Made by a program: the position numbers and the translations under genes. Of a stretch of 38,013 nucleotides of DNA, positions 26,418 to 36,131 are shown piece by piece. The stretch is from Clostridia bacterium (GTDB lineage: Bacteria; Bacillota; Clostridia; Oscillospirales; CAG-272). Every line of letters starts with the position of its first letter. The stretch's first letter is position 1. The stretch covers positions 1-38,013 of the forward strand of contig JAFXJW010000026.1 of the NCBI GenBank assembly GCA_017532045.1, written 5' to 3'. The notes under the pieces are model-generated. The model saw only the letters and a list, made by a program, of their open reading frames with translations, had not been told where the DNA came from and did not search any database.

Positions 26418-27173
26418 GTGTTGAAGAAGCTATACGATACAAGCAAAATATGGTTTGCCGCCTCGTGGATCATTGCATATTGTGTGCTGATGTCTGCGGG
26501 AGACGCGCTTTCTGCGTGGATCGGCATAGATAAATCGGTGACACTTGTCATCGGAGGTGTCCTTTCGGCAACACTGCTGCTGTTTTTGAAGAAAAACGGA
26601 CTTTTTTCGGATTACGGACTATGTACCCCCAAGACCTCCGCGAGGTCCATGCTGTACTACGTGCCGATCCTGATCATGCTGAGTGTAAATCTTTGGTATG
26701 GCGTGGCCTTGAATCGCAGCGCGCTTGAAACCGTACTCTACGTTCTGGCGATGCTTTGCGTTGGCTTCCTCGAGGAAATCATCTTCCGCGGGCTTCTCTT
26801 TGAGGCGATGCGAAAGGACAACGTAAAAGCCGCCGTCATCGTTTCAAGTGTGACCTTTGGCATCGGGCATATCATTAATCTGATCAATGGCTCGGGGGCT
26901 GAATTGCTTCCAAATCTGCTTCAGGTGGTGTATGCTACCGCGGCGGGCTTTCTGTTCGTGATGATGTATTACAAATCAAAAAGTCTACTTGTCTGTATTG
27001 CCGCTCATGGTGTTTTCAACGCGCTCAGCGTCTTTGCCGATGAAGCAAGCGCATCGAACGAAATGCGAATATTGACCGCACTTTTGCTCACCGTGATAAC
27101 GGGCTCTTACGCCCTGTATCTCACGTTTTCGATGAAAGGAAAAACGAAGGATGAAGGAACTCAAGGTAGCTAA
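26418..27173 (+). CDS. CPBP-family (Abi/CAAX) intramembrane metalloprotease
   Basis: EEIIFRG, FGIGH, HGVFN motifs; GAGGGA RBS before GTG 26418 / TTG 26421. Confidence 0.92.
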   Translation: MLKKLYDTSKIWFAASWIIAYCVLMSAGDALSAWIGIDKSVTLVIGGVLSATLLLFLKKNGLFSDYGLCTPKTSARSMLYYVPILIMLSVNLWYGVALNRSALETVLYVLAMLCVGFLEEIIFRGLLFEAMRKDNVKAAVIVSSVTFGIGHIINLINGSGAELLPNLLQVVYATAAGFLFVMMYYKSKSLLVCIAAHGVFNALSVFADEASASNEMRILTALLLTVITGSYALYLTFSMKGKTKDEGTQGS

Positions 27174-27339
27174 GCCTTCTTTCATGCCCGATGCAGGAAG
27201 CTGACGCTGAACCTTTCGTCACATCCTCATTGCCAACGTCCTGTGGCTGTCTTCGGCGGCAGAGAAATGGTACCGGCATATCTCGCGTTCGATTCTGTTG
27301 CGAGGGCCTTTTGAGTCGAAAAAATATGATTCTCCCCTC

Positions 27340-27368
27340 TTGCAAATGCGAGAGGGATATGCTATAAT
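27340..27368 (+). promoter_or_regulatory. sigma-A-type promoter of fucU
   Basis: TTGCAA-17bp-TATAAT with extended -10 TG. Confidence 0.75.
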
Positions 27369-27408
27369 GAAATCAGTTCCCCGAAAATAACTTATTGAGA
27401 GGTGTACT

Positions 27409-27849
27409 ATGCTGAAAGGAATTCCGAAGATTCTCCCTCCCGAGCTGCTCAAGGTTCTCTGCGAGATGGGCCATAGCGACCGCATCTGCATTGCCGACGG
27501 CAATTTCCCCTCCGCCTCCATGGGTAAGGATGCCATCGTCATCCGCATGGACGGTCACGGCGTCCCCGAAATTCTGGATGCCATCCTGACCGTATTTCCC
27601 CTGGATACTTACGTTGAAAAGCCCGCAACCCTCATGCAGCTGATGGACCGTGACGTGGGCCGCGTCGAGACCCCCATCTGGGACGAGTACGCAAGCGTCA
27701 TCGCCAAACACGACCCTCGCGGCAAGGCCGCCCTGGGTAACATCGACCGCTTTGATTTCTATGACGAGGCAAAGAAGTGCTACTGCATTATCGCTACCGG
27801 TGAGAGCGCCATTTACGCCAACATCATGCTCCAGAAGGGTGTGATCTGA
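27409..27849 (+). CDS. fucU: L-fucose mutarotase (RbsD/FucU family)
   Basis: MLKGI..ILPPELLKVLCEMGHSD.I.IADGNFP, PLDTY, RFDFY, ATGE.A.YAN..L.KGV; near fucI. Confidence 0.92.
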   Translation: MLKGIPKILPPELLKVLCEMGHSDRICIADGNFPSASMGKDAIVIRMDGHGVPEILDAILTVFPLDTYVEKPATLMQLMDRDVGRVETPIWDEYASVIAKHDPRGKAALGNIDRFDFYDEAKKCYCIIATGESAIYANIMLQKGVI

Positions 27850-28416
27850 GTGGGGATCCTGGCCGGCCTTTTTGGAGGGATGGAGCCCATTGATCTGATC
27901 GCCCAGGCCTTCAGCATTATTGGACTCGTCATCATCGTCCTCTCCTTCCAGTTTAAAAAGAATAGCACGTTTTTCTTCCTGCAGGGAAGCGGTAGTCTGA
28001 TGTTTTTCATCAACTTCCTCCTCATCGGCGCATGGGCCGGTGCATTCTTCAATATGTGCAACCTGCTTCGCGGGCTGCTGTTCATGAAGGAGGCGAAAAA
28101 GACGTGGAAGCTGGCCGTGGTCGAGGTGGCATACGCCGGATGCTTTGCCTTCTCGGTGGTGCTGGACCATAGCTGGCAACAGATCCTGCTTGCGGCTCTG
28201 CCCTGCGCGGCGCTGCTGGTCATGAGCGTCTTTATGTGGAGGGGCAATCCCAAGCACATTCGCTACTGCCAGATATTTTGCTCGTCGCCCGGATGGATCG
28301 TGCACAATATCTTCAATCTGTCCGTTGGCGGACTCATCTGCGAGTGCTTCAACATGATTTCCTCGGTGATCTACCTGATCCGTCGGCGTGATGATGCCAA
28401 GCAGACCCCAAATTAA
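27850..28416 (+). CDS. YgjV-family inner membrane protein
   Basis: AQAFSIIG..SFQFK, LLIGAWAGA..N..R, IR..SP.WIVHN....GG..E..N..S pattern; start uncertain (ATG 27880 possible). Confidence 0.75.
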   Translation: MGILAGLFGGMEPIDLIAQAFSIIGLVIIVLSFQFKKNSTFFFLQGSGSLMFFINFLLIGAWAGAFFNMCNLLRGLLFMKEAKKTWKLAVVEVAYAGCFAFSVVLDHSWQQILLAALPCAALLVMSVFMWRGNPKHIRYCQIFCSSPGWIVHNIFNLSVGGLICECFNMISSVIYLIRRRDDAKQTPN

Positions 28417-28418
28417 CG

Positions 28419-28457
28419 AAAAAGCACACTGCGAGCCTGTCTCGCAGTGTGCTTTTG
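28419..28457. terminator. Bidirectional terminator
   Basis: aaaagcacactgcgag-cctgt-ctcgcagtgtgctttt. Confidence 0.88.
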
Positions 28458-28467
28458 CTTCCTTTTA

Positions 28468-29385
28468 TTATAACGTGGAATCGGGCGGATATTCACTCGC
28501 CGATTCCTCCGGCGCCGAGCGGGGGGTTCCGGTAGCCTGCTTGCGGTAGACCAGGGGGGTGACGCCCTCCAGCTTTTTGAAGGTCTTGAAGAAGAGCACG
28601 TGATCCTTGTATCCGCAGGCCTCGCCGATGGCGGAGGCCGTCATGTCGGTCTCCTGCAAAAGCTTTTTGGCGTGGGCGATCCGCCGTGTGGTGACGTACT
28701 GCATGGGGGGCATGCCCATGTAGTTTTTGAACACGTGGGAGAGGTAGTACTTGCTGACATCCAGCTCGTCGCAGATCTGATCCATGGATTCGATTTCGGA
28801 GAAGTGACCCGACAGGTACTGGTGGATGCGGGTGAAGATGGCGTTGGCGATGAACTTGGCCTCGGAAATGTTCGCCAGACGCAGGATGCGGATGAGGATG
28901 AGGCGAGCCCAGTATTTGGCCATAAGCTCATTGTATTGCGCATCCTCGCACATTTCCTCCACCAGCGAACGGAAGTAGAAGTGGAAATCCGCCTCGTTGG
29001 AGCCGGTACGCAGAATGGGGGAGGAGTCCTTGCTGATGAGACAGTCGAAGGGAAGGCCGCTGAGCTGGAAGTTGGTGATGCCGAAATAGCCCAGCTCCAG
29101 ACCCGCCTCGCCCAGGGTGCTTTCCCAATGCACCGAATTGGGGTTGTAGATCAGGATGTCGCCTTTTTTGATGGAATAGGTCTTGTCGTCGATGCAAGTC
29201 TCTCCCTTTCCCGAAAAAACGAAAAGGATTTCGCAAAAGGGGTGGCTGTGGGGCTTCTCCTTCCATTGCTTGATACGCTCGAGCTTTCCCGCATATAGGC
29301 ATTTTGTGTCAAGCTTGATAACGTCTACCTTGGAATAGGCAACGGTTCTTTGTTCATTTGCCCCCGTTTTAGTCCGGTTTCTCAT
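28468..29385 (-). CDS. AraC-family transcriptional regulator with cupin sensor domain
   Basis: GGAGGTG RBS; PHSHPFCEI..V..G.G; SKYYLSHVFK..G.PP.QY...RI..AKKLL..T; GYKD...F.K.FKK..G.TP..YR. Confidence 0.93.
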   Translation of the reverse strand: MRNRTKTGANEQRTVAYSKVDVIKLDTKCLYAGKLERIKQWKEKPHSHPFCEILFVFSGKGETCIDDKTYSIKKGDILIYNPNSVHWESTLGEAGLELGYFGITNFQLSGLPFDCLISKDSSPILRTGSNEADFHFYFRSLVEEMCEDAQYNELMAKYWARLILIRILRLANISEAKFIANAIFTRIHQYLSGHFSEIESMDQICDELDVSKYYLSHVFKNYMGMPPMQYVTTRRIAHAKKLLQETDMTASAIGEACGYKDHVLFFKTFKKLEGVTPLVYRKQATGTPRSAPEESASEYPPDSTL

Positions 29386-29550
29386 CAACACCTCCAAAAA
29401 TGACACTCTAAATTTATGAATAATAGCCAATAAATGTGTTTATTCTTGCTTTTTGGCTTTTCGTGAATTTCATCAAACACGGCGAGCCGAATGCGGCTGA
29501 AAATCAGTCATTTGGCGAAAAAAAGAAAATTTCTTTTCTTTAATGGCCTA

Positions 29551-29579
29551 ATTATAACACAAAGAAGAGAGAATTGCAA
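29551..29579 (-). promoter_or_regulatory. Promoter of the AraC gene
   Basis: minus strand TTGCAA-17bp-TATAAT with extended -10 TG. Confidence 0.7.
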
Positions 29580-29635
29580 TAGGTTTGCCTTACATTTTGT
29601 GTTTATTTTTGTGATTTTTTTCGCACAATCTGCTA

Positions 29636-29664
29636 TTGAAAAAAGAGAAGGGAAGTTGTACAAT
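29636..29664 (+). promoter_or_regulatory. Promoter of the sugar ABC operon
   Basis: TTGAAA-17bp-TACAAT. Confidence 0.65.
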
Positions 29665-29695
29665 AGTTATGTAAATACGAAAGGGGGTCACCTCA

Positions 29696-31195
29696 ATGCA
29701 GAATGTACTGCTCGAAATGACGGGAATACATAAGCGCTTTCACGGTGTGCATGCACTTAAGGGCGTTGATTTCCAACTGAGAAGTGGCGAGGTACACGCT
29801 CTGATGGGCGAGAACGGCGCAGGTAAGTCTACGCTTATGAAGGTTTTTACCGGAATTCATAAGCGGGACGAAGGCGAGATCGTTCTGTACGGCGAGCCGG
29901 TCAACTTCTCCAACATTAAGGAGTCCCAAGACGCCGGTATCAGTATGATCCATCAGGAGCTGAACATGATGAATCACCTGACCGTCGCGCAAAACATCTA
30001 CATCGGCCGCGAGCCCATGTCCGGTGGACTCATTGACGACAAGAAGATGGTAGAAGACGCTGCGGAGCTTTTCGCTCGCATCGGCGTCAAGATCGATCCC
30101 TCCACTTCCCTCGGTACGCTGACCGTCGGTAAGCAGCAGATGGTGGAGATCGCCAAGGCAGTCTCCCGTAACGCAAAGATCCTGATCCTTGACGAGCCTA
30201 CGGCAGCTCTGACTCAGGCTGAGGTTGAGGAGCTCTTCAAGATCATGCGTGATCTGCAGGCAAAGGGCATCGGTATGATCTACATCTCTCACCGAATGGA
30301 CGAGATCAAGCGCATCTCCGACCGTATCACGGTCATGCGCGACGGCGAATACGTCGGCACCGTGGACACCAACGCCGTAACCAAGGACGAGATCATCAAC
30401 ATGATGATCGGTCGTGTGGTTTACGAGGACCCCAAGACCCAGAGCGAGGTTCCCGAGGGAGCCGAGGTGGTTCTGGAGGTCAAGAACCTGTGCAGCGGTA
30501 AGACCATTCGTGACGTCAGCTTTACCCTCCGCCGCGGTGAGATCCTCGGCTTCTCGGGACTTATGGGCGCGGGACGCACCGAGGTGGCTCGCGCGATCTT
30601 CGGCGCCGACCCCTACGACAGCGGCGAGATCTACGTAAAGGGAGAAAAGGTCAGCATCAAGACTCCCGTAGATGCCGTTAAGCACAGCATCGGTTACCTG
30701 TCTGAGGACAGAAAGAGATACGGTCTGATGCTCTTCAAGTCGGTTGCGGAAAACACCGCTATCGCCTCCATGGATCGCTACATTTCGGGCGGTCTGATTA
30801 ACGACGGTAAGCTGAAGGACGAGGCCGTGGAGTATAACGAGAAGCTCCGCACCAAGACTCCCTCCATTGATCAGCTTCTGAAGAATCTTTCGGGCGGTAA
30901 TCAGCAGAAGGTCATCATCGCTCGCTGGCTGATCCAGGATTGTGATATTCTGATCTTTGACGAGCCTACCCGCGGCATCGACGTCGGTGCCAAGAGCGAG
31001 ATCTACACCCTGATGAATGAGCTTGCCAAGCAGGGCAAGGCCATCATCATGATTTCTTCGGAACTGGTAGAGATCCTTCGTATGAGCGACCGTGTTCTGG
31101 TCATGTGCGAGGGCAGAAAGACGGGCGAGTTGGATATTTCCGAGGCAACTCAGGAAAACATCATGCAGCTTGCCACTATGCGAGAGGAGAATTGA
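29696..31195 (+). CDS. Monosaccharide ABC importer ATP-binding protein (RbsA/MglA type, double NBD)
   Basis: GENGAGKST, LDEPTAAL, ISHR, EDRK, LSGGNQQK, DEPTRGIDVGAK. Confidence 0.96.
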   Translation: MQNVLLEMTGIHKRFHGVHALKGVDFQLRSGEVHALMGENGAGKSTLMKVFTGIHKRDEGEIVLYGEPVNFSNIKESQDAGISMIHQELNMMNHLTVAQNIYIGREPMSGGLIDDKKMVEDAAELFARIGVKIDPSTSLGTLTVGKQQMVEIAKAVSRNAKILILDEPTAALTQAEVEELFKIMRDLQAKGIGMIYISHRMDEIKRISDRITVMRDGEYVGTVDTNAVTKDEIINMMIGRVVYEDPKTQSEVPEGAEVVLEVKNLCSGKTIRDVSFTLRRGEILGFSGLMGAGRTEVARAIFGADPYDSGEIYVKGEKVSIKTPVDAVKHSIGYLSEDRKRYGLMLFKSVAENTAIASMDRYISGGLINDGKLKDEAVEYNEKLRTKTPSIDQLLKNLSGGNQQKVIIARWLIQDCDILIFDEPTRGIDVGAKSEIYTLMNELAKQGKAIIMISSELVEILRMSDRVLVMCEGRKTGELDISEATQENIMQLATMREEN

Positions 31196-31196
31196 T

Positions 31197-32444
31197 ATGA
31201 AACAGCAGAACACCCCCTTCAACACCAAGCTGAACGCCCGCGGTAAGCTCCGCCAGGCGTTCGTAAAGACGGGCAAGTACCTGAGCACCAGCGGTAAGCA
31301 GAACATCGTCATCGTTTTCGCAACCATTGCTCTGTTTGCCATTTTTACCCTGATCAACCCCAGCTTTGCCAGCGAGGGCATGCTGCTTACCATGAGTAAG
31401 GCTCTCGTGCCCTACGCCATCCTCGCCCTCGGCGTTACCTTCGTAATCGCAACGGGCGGTATCGACCTGTCCATCGGTACGGTTTGTATCGGCTCTGCCG
31501 TTCTGGCAGGCGCGATCTGCCAGACCGGTGTTACCCAGGACGAGGGTATCCTGTGGCTGACGATTCCGATCGTCCTGTTCACGGGTCTCGCCTTTGGTCT
31601 CATTAACGGTCTGCTGGTTGCGAAGTGCAAGATCGCTCCCTTTATCGCAACCCTGGGTACCATGCTGGTGTCCCGCGGTCTGACCGCCGTGGTCTCCGAG
31701 GCAGTCAGAGAGACCTCCGCGGCCGTTAAGTACCCCGCAACCGGTTGGTTCCAGAAGATCTTTACCAACTATGAGGGCTTCCCCATCGGTATCGTTTGGG
31801 TGCTGGCTCTGCTCGTCATCTGCATGGTCGTCATGTACAAGACCAAGATCGGTCGTTACATCCTGGCCATCGGTAGTAACGAGGAGGCTACTCGTCTGTC
31901 CGGTATTAACGTGGACAAGTACAAGATCATCGCTTACTCCATCGGCGGCTTCTTCGCAGGCCTCGCCGCTCTGTTCTACGTGGCCTCCAACCCTTCTCTG
32001 AACATCGCTTCGGGTAATGGTATGGAGCTTGACGCCATCGCCGGCGTTTACATCGGCGGTACCAGCACCACCGGTGGCGCAGCCTCCGTGGCCGGTACTC
32101 TGCTCGGCTCTATGATCCTCGTGGTTATCCGTCAGGGCCTGAACATGGCTCTCTCGGGTGGTAGCGTGGTTTCCGCAACCAACATCACCTACGCCGTAAC
32201 CGGTGTGATCGTTGTAGGCGCCGTTCTGCTTGACGTTCTCAAGAAGAAGGCCGCTAACAAGGTCAAGATCGAGAAGCCCGCTGCTAAGCAGAAGCGCGAT
32301 ATCAAGGAAAAGATCGCAGAGCTCAAGAACGAGCAGGACTACGCTCTCTCCGCCGCCAAGAAGAATCCCGAGGCCGCTGCCCGCGCCGAGGAGATCGCTT
32401 CCGAGATCGCTGAGCTGAAGACCCGGCTGAAGGCAATCAAGTAA
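31197..32444 (+). CDS. Monosaccharide ABC importer permease (RbsC type) with C-terminal charged helical tail
   Basis: GGIDLSIG, PFIATLG, GRYILAIGSNEEATRLSGI, ELDAIA.V.IGGTS. Confidence 0.93.
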   Translation: MKQQNTPFNTKLNARGKLRQAFVKTGKYLSTSGKQNIVIVFATIALFAIFTLINPSFASEGMLLTMSKALVPYAILALGVTFVIATGGIDLSIGTVCIGSAVLAGAICQTGVTQDEGILWLTIPIVLFTGLAFGLINGLLVAKCKIAPFIATLGTMLVSRGLTAVVSEAVRETSAAVKYPATGWFQKIFTNYEGFPIGIVWVLALLVICMVVMYKTKIGRYILAIGSNEEATRLSGINVDKYKIIAYSIGGFFAGLAALFYVASNPSLNIASGNGMELDAIAGVYIGGTSTTGGAASVAGTLLGSMILVVIRQGLNMALSGGSVVSATNITYAVTGVIVVGAVLLDVLKKKAANKVKIEKPAAKQKRDIKEKIAELKNEQDYALSAAKKNPEAAARAEEIASEIAELKTRLKAIK

Positions 32445-32519
32445 GTTCCGGTGCCCCTACTTAATTTTGTATAAAAACAGACATGTTTTTATAAATATTT
32501 TATTGGAGGAACATCTCTC

Positions 32520-33557
32520 ATGAAAAAGTTGACCAAGATTTTCGCAATCGTTCTGGCCGTTCTTCTGTGCGCTGCTACCTGCGTTGCTTGTACTCCCGCC
32601 GAGGGGACTTCTGACGTCAAGGGCACCATTGCAGTCGTGGCTAAGGGTGAGACCCACGCCTTCTGGCAGGCTGTTAAGGCCGGCGCTGAGCAGGCCGGTA
32701 AGGACTACGGTTACAACGTAACCTTCCGTGGCCCCACCGCTGAGTCTGAGGAGTACGTAAACTCCCAGCGTGAGATGGTTCAGGCTGCTCTGAACACCAA
32801 GGACATCAAGGGTATCGTTCTGGCTACCATCGGTCTCGGCTTTGCTGACGAGCTGGTTTCCGCTTTCGATAAGGGTCTGCCCGTAGTTGAGTTCGACTCC
32901 GGTCTGTACTCCAACGGTGCTGATATCACCGCAGGTAAGGATCCCACCATCGGCGGCGTTGCTACCGATAACAAGGCTGCTGCAGGCGTCGTTGCAGAGA
33001 ACTTCTACAAGTACCTGAAGGACAACAACCTGGTGGCTAACGGCTACAAGGTTGGTATCATCCAGCACGACTCCACCTCTACCGGTATCGACCGTGCAGG
33101 CGGCTTCAAGGAGAAGATCGAGGCTCTGGCTAAGGCTGACGGCATCACCCTGGACATCAACGTTCAGATCAAGGCTAACAACGCCGGTGAGTACAAGCTG
33201 GGTCTGACCGCTCTGAAGGAGTGGGGCGCCCAGTCCATCTTCATGACCAACGAGGGTGTTGTAAACGAGGTTTACCCCGAGGTTAAGGATAACGCTGACA
33301 CCTACAAGAGCATCCTGTTCTGCGGCTTCGACGCAGGTACCAACCAGTACAACTGGATGAAGGACGCTGGCAAGACCTGCGCTCTGCTGGTCGGTTCCGT
33401 CGCTCAGGACTCCTACAGCATCGGTTACAGAGCTGTTGAGCTGGTCGCTAAGAAGCTGGCCGGTGAGAAGGTTGAGGATGTCGGTATCGCCGGTGTTTGG
33501 TACAACGCTGCCAACATCGACGAGCAGAAGGATAAGAACATCTTCTACATGGGTTAA
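32520..33557 (+). CDS. Sugar ABC substrate-binding lipoprotein (probably L-fucose or related)
   Basis: GGAGG RBS; lipobox-like CVAC; FWQAVKAGAEQAG, FDSG, ATDN, GFDA, VAQD..IGY. Confidence 0.92.
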   Translation: MKKLTKIFAIVLAVLLCAATCVACTPAEGTSDVKGTIAVVAKGETHAFWQAVKAGAEQAGKDYGYNVTFRGPTAESEEYVNSQREMVQAALNTKDIKGIVLATIGLGFADELVSAFDKGLPVVEFDSGLYSNGADITAGKDPTIGGVATDNKAAAGVVAENFYKYLKDNNLVANGYKVGIIQHDSTSTGIDRAGGFKEKIEALAKADGITLDINVQIKANNAGEYKLGLTALKEWGAQSIFMTNEGVVNEVYPEVKDNADTYKSILFCGFDAGTNQYNWMKDAGKTCALLVGSVAQDSYSIGYRAVELVAKKLAGEKVEDVGIAGVWYNAANIDEQKDKNIFYMG

Positions 33558-33617
33558 TTGAATACCCACGCTAAAGCTCAATCATCAAGGGAAATTTCTT
33601 GACTAAGTAATTTCTTT

Positions 33618-33654
33618 GGGTCTTTCTCTGTTTTGGCGGGGAAAGACCCTTTTT
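33618..33654 (+). terminator. Terminator-like hairpin between the binding protein gene and fucI
   Basis: gggtctttctctg...cggggaaagaccc followed by TTTTT. Confidence 0.65.
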
Positions 33655-33696
33655 AAAAGTTTGATCTCAATTTTTCATGATATGGAGGTAGAATAT

Positions 33697-35499
33697 ATGG
33701 CAAAGAACAGATACGTCGGTGAATACCCCGTAATCGGTATTCGCCCCACGATCGACGGTCGCCGTGGCCCCCTGAAGGTTCGCGAGAGCCTGGAGGAGCA
33801 GACCATGGCTATGGCCGAGGCCGCCAAGAAGCTGTTTGAGGAGAACCTGCAGTATTCCAACGGCGAGCCCGTAAAGGTTATCATCGCAGACACCACCATC
33901 GGCCGTGTGGCCGAGGCCGCCGCCTGCGCCGAGAAGTTCAAGAGAAACGGTGTGGACATCACCCTGACCGTTACCCCCTGCTGGTGCTACGGCTCTGAGA
34001 CCATGGACATGGATCCTCAGACCATCAAGGGCGTTTGGGGCTTCAACGGTACCGAGCGTCCCGGTGCTGTGTACCTGGCTTCCGTTCTGGCATCCCATGC
34101 GCAGAAGGGTCTGCCCGCATTCGGCATCTACGGTCACGACGTCCAGAATCTGGACGAGGTAACCAACATTCCTGCTGACGTGCAGGAGAAGCTGCTCCGC
34201 TTCGGTCGTGCAGCCGTGGCTGTTGCCACCATGCGCGGCAAGTCCTACCTGCAGATCGGTTCCATCTGCATGGGTATCGGCGGCTCTATCATTGATCCCG
34301 ATTTCATCGAGTCCTATCTCGGTATGCGCGTAGAGTCTGTTGACGAGGTGGAGGTCATCCGCCGCATGTCCGAGGGCATCTACGACGCCGAGGAGGTTGC
34401 CAAGGCTAAGGCTTGGATCGCTGAGAACTGCAAGGAGGGCTGGGACAAGAACCCCGACTTCGTAAAGACCTCCGACGAGAAGAAGGCCGAGCAGTGGGAC
34501 TTCCTGGCCAAGATGTACTGCATCATCAAGGATATGTTCAACGGTAATCCCAACCTGCCTAAGGGCTGCGAGGAGGAGATGGTGGGTCACAACGCCATCG
34601 CCGGCGGCTTCCAGGGTCAGAGACAGTGGACCGACTTCTATCCCAACTGTGACTTCCCCGAGGCTCTCTTGAACTCCAGCTTCGACCACAACGGCGCTCG
34701 TGAGCCCTACATCCTGGCTACCGAGAACGACGTTCTCAACGGTCTTGGCATGCTGTTCATGAAGCTGCTCACCAACCGTGCTCAGATGTTCTCCGACGTC
34801 CGTACCTATTGGTCTCCCGAGGCATGCGAGCGTGCCTCCGGCTACAAGGTCGAAGGTAGGGCTCTGGAGAACGGCGGCTTCATCCACCTGATCAACTCGG
34901 GTGCTACCGCTCTGGACGCTTGCGGCGAGTGCAAGGACGAGAACGGTAACGGCATCATGAAGAAGTGGTGGGAGGTAACCGAGGAGGACATCAAGAAGAT
35001 GACCGAGGCTACCACCTGGCCCGCAGCCGACAACGGTTACTTCCGTGGCGGCGGATTCTCCTCCAGCTTCACCACCCGTGCCGAGATGCCCGCTACCATG
35101 ATCCGTCTGAATCTGGTGAAGGGTCTGGGCCCCGTGCTGCAGATCGCCGAGGGTTGGACCGTTCAGCTGCCTGACGACGTGACCAAAACTCTGATGATGC
35201 GTACCGATCCCACCTGGCCCTGCACTTGGTTCACTCCTCGTTGCGACGGCGTGGAGGGTAGCGCATTTGAGGATGCTTACAGCGTCATGAACAACTGGGG
35301 CGCTAACCACGGTGCCATCTCCTACGGCCACATCGGCGCCGACCTGATCACCATGTGCTCCATGCTTCGCATCCCCGTGTGCATGCACAACGTGGCGGAT
35401 AAGGATATCTTCCGTCCCGCGGCATGGAATGCCTTCGGTATGGATAAGGAAGGCCAGGACTACCGCGCTTGCGCTACCTACGGTCCTCTTTACAAGTAA
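33697..35499 (+). CDS. fucI: L-fucose isomerase
   Basis: GGAGG RBS before ATG 33697; [65 protein letters not shown]. Confidence 0.97.
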   Translation: MAKNRYVGEYPVIGIRPTIDGRRGPLKVRESLEEQTMAMAEAAKKLFEENLQYSNGEPVKVIIADTTIGRVAEAAACAEKFKRNGVDITLTVTPCWCYGSETMDMDPQTIKGVWGFNGTERPGAVYLASVLASHAQKGLPAFGIYGHDVQNLDEVTNIPADVQEKLLRFGRAAVAVATMRGKSYLQIGSICMGIGGSIIDPDFIESYLGMRVESVDEVEVIRRMSEGIYDAEEVAKAKAWIAENCKEGWDKNPDFVKTSDEKKAEQWDFLAKMYCIIKDMFNGNPNLPKGCEEEMVGHNAIAGGFQGQRQWTDFYPNCDFPEALLNSSFDHNGAREPYILATENDVLNGLGMLFMKLLTNRAQMFSDVRTYWSPEACERASGYKVEGRALENGGFIHLINSGATALDACGECKDENGNGIMKKWWEVTEEDIKKMTEATTWPAADNGYFRGGGFSSSFTTRAEMPATMIRLNLVKGLGPVLQIAEGWTVQLPDDVTKTLMMRTDPTWPCTWFTPRCDGVEGSAFEDAYSVMNNWGANHGAISYGHIGADLITMCSMLRIPVCMHNVADKDIFRPAAWNAFGMDKEGQDYRACATYGPLYK

Positions 35500-35513
35500 T
35501 TCTATATGGCTTT

Positions 35514-35542
35514 GGGCCGCCCGCATTTGCGGGCGGCCTTTT
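35514..35542 (+). terminator. Terminator after fucI
   Basis: ggccgcccgc-attt-gcgggcggcc followed by tttt. Confidence 0.85.
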
Positions 35543-35559
35543 GTGTTGTAGCTTCAGCG

Positions 35560-35918
35560 CAAAAATCCACCGCTTGAAGCGGTGGAAAAGAAATCTTTAG
35601 ATTCAAGAAATAGACGTCCTATGGTATAATGATGAAGGTTCGCCAACCGCATCAAAAATAACACATAGGAGGAATGTCATGAAGGACACTAATAGTTTAT
35701 CACATTCTAAATGGAATTGCAAGTACCATATCGTATTTGCTCCAAAATATCGTCCACAGGTAATATATGGGAAAATCAAGGCGGATATTGGAAAGATACT
35801 GCGACAACTATGCGAAATGAAGGGAGTAGAGATCATAGAGGCGGAAGCATGTCCAGATCATATTCATATGCTGGTAAGTATTCCCCCGCACTTGAGCGTT
35901 GTCGCATTCATGGGGTAC
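35560..35918 (+). mobile_element. IS200-family element, left end plus 5' part of tnpA
   Basis: Left-end hairpin tccaccgctt-g-aagcggtgga (35566-35586), TGGTATAAT promoter element, GGTTCGCCAACC leader, then tnpA. Confidence 0.85.
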
Positions 35919-35948
35919 CATCATATATGTTATACCACGATTTTGTGA
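35679..35948 (+). pseudogene. tnpA: Truncated IS200/IS605 Y1 transposase
   Basis: SLSHSKWNCKYHIVFAPKYR, CPDHIHML (HUH), SIPP..FMGY then loss of homology; expected LKGKS..FW..GY and catalytic Tyr helix are absent. Confidence 0.9.
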
Positions 35949-35957
35949 ATAATTCAA
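35929..35957 (-). promoter_or_regulatory. Leftward sigma-A-type promoter at the tnpA breakpoint
   Basis: minus strand TTGAAT-17bp-TATAAC with extended -10 TG. Confidence 0.55.
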
Positions 35958-36131
35958 GTAGGAAATCAATATGTGCGCGCAGATTTTTGAAGCTCAAAAA
36001 ATGAGTCACTATTCAAAGAAAAGGGTTTGTCGAGTTAACAAAAAGTTATCTGGACTTTACGCATGTATTGTGATATTGTATTGCTAATCCCCAAAGGACT
36101 ATTAGCATGAACAGAAAATCAGAGGTATAAG

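Noticed and set aside
26418-27173. Abortive-infection defence role for the CPBP (Abi) protein
   Set aside because: The Abi label of this protease family does not imply phage defence, and no defence or bacteriocin genes are adjacent
29693-35526. Long minus-strand ORFs (566, 374 and 619 aa) over the ABC genes and fucI
   Set aside because: Mirror frames of highly biased, clearly identifiable plus-strand genes
70-35918. Composite transposon bounded by the two IS200-type ends
   Set aside because: Ends are in right-end then left-end order, hairpin sequences differ, and the interval holds core genes such as rnpB
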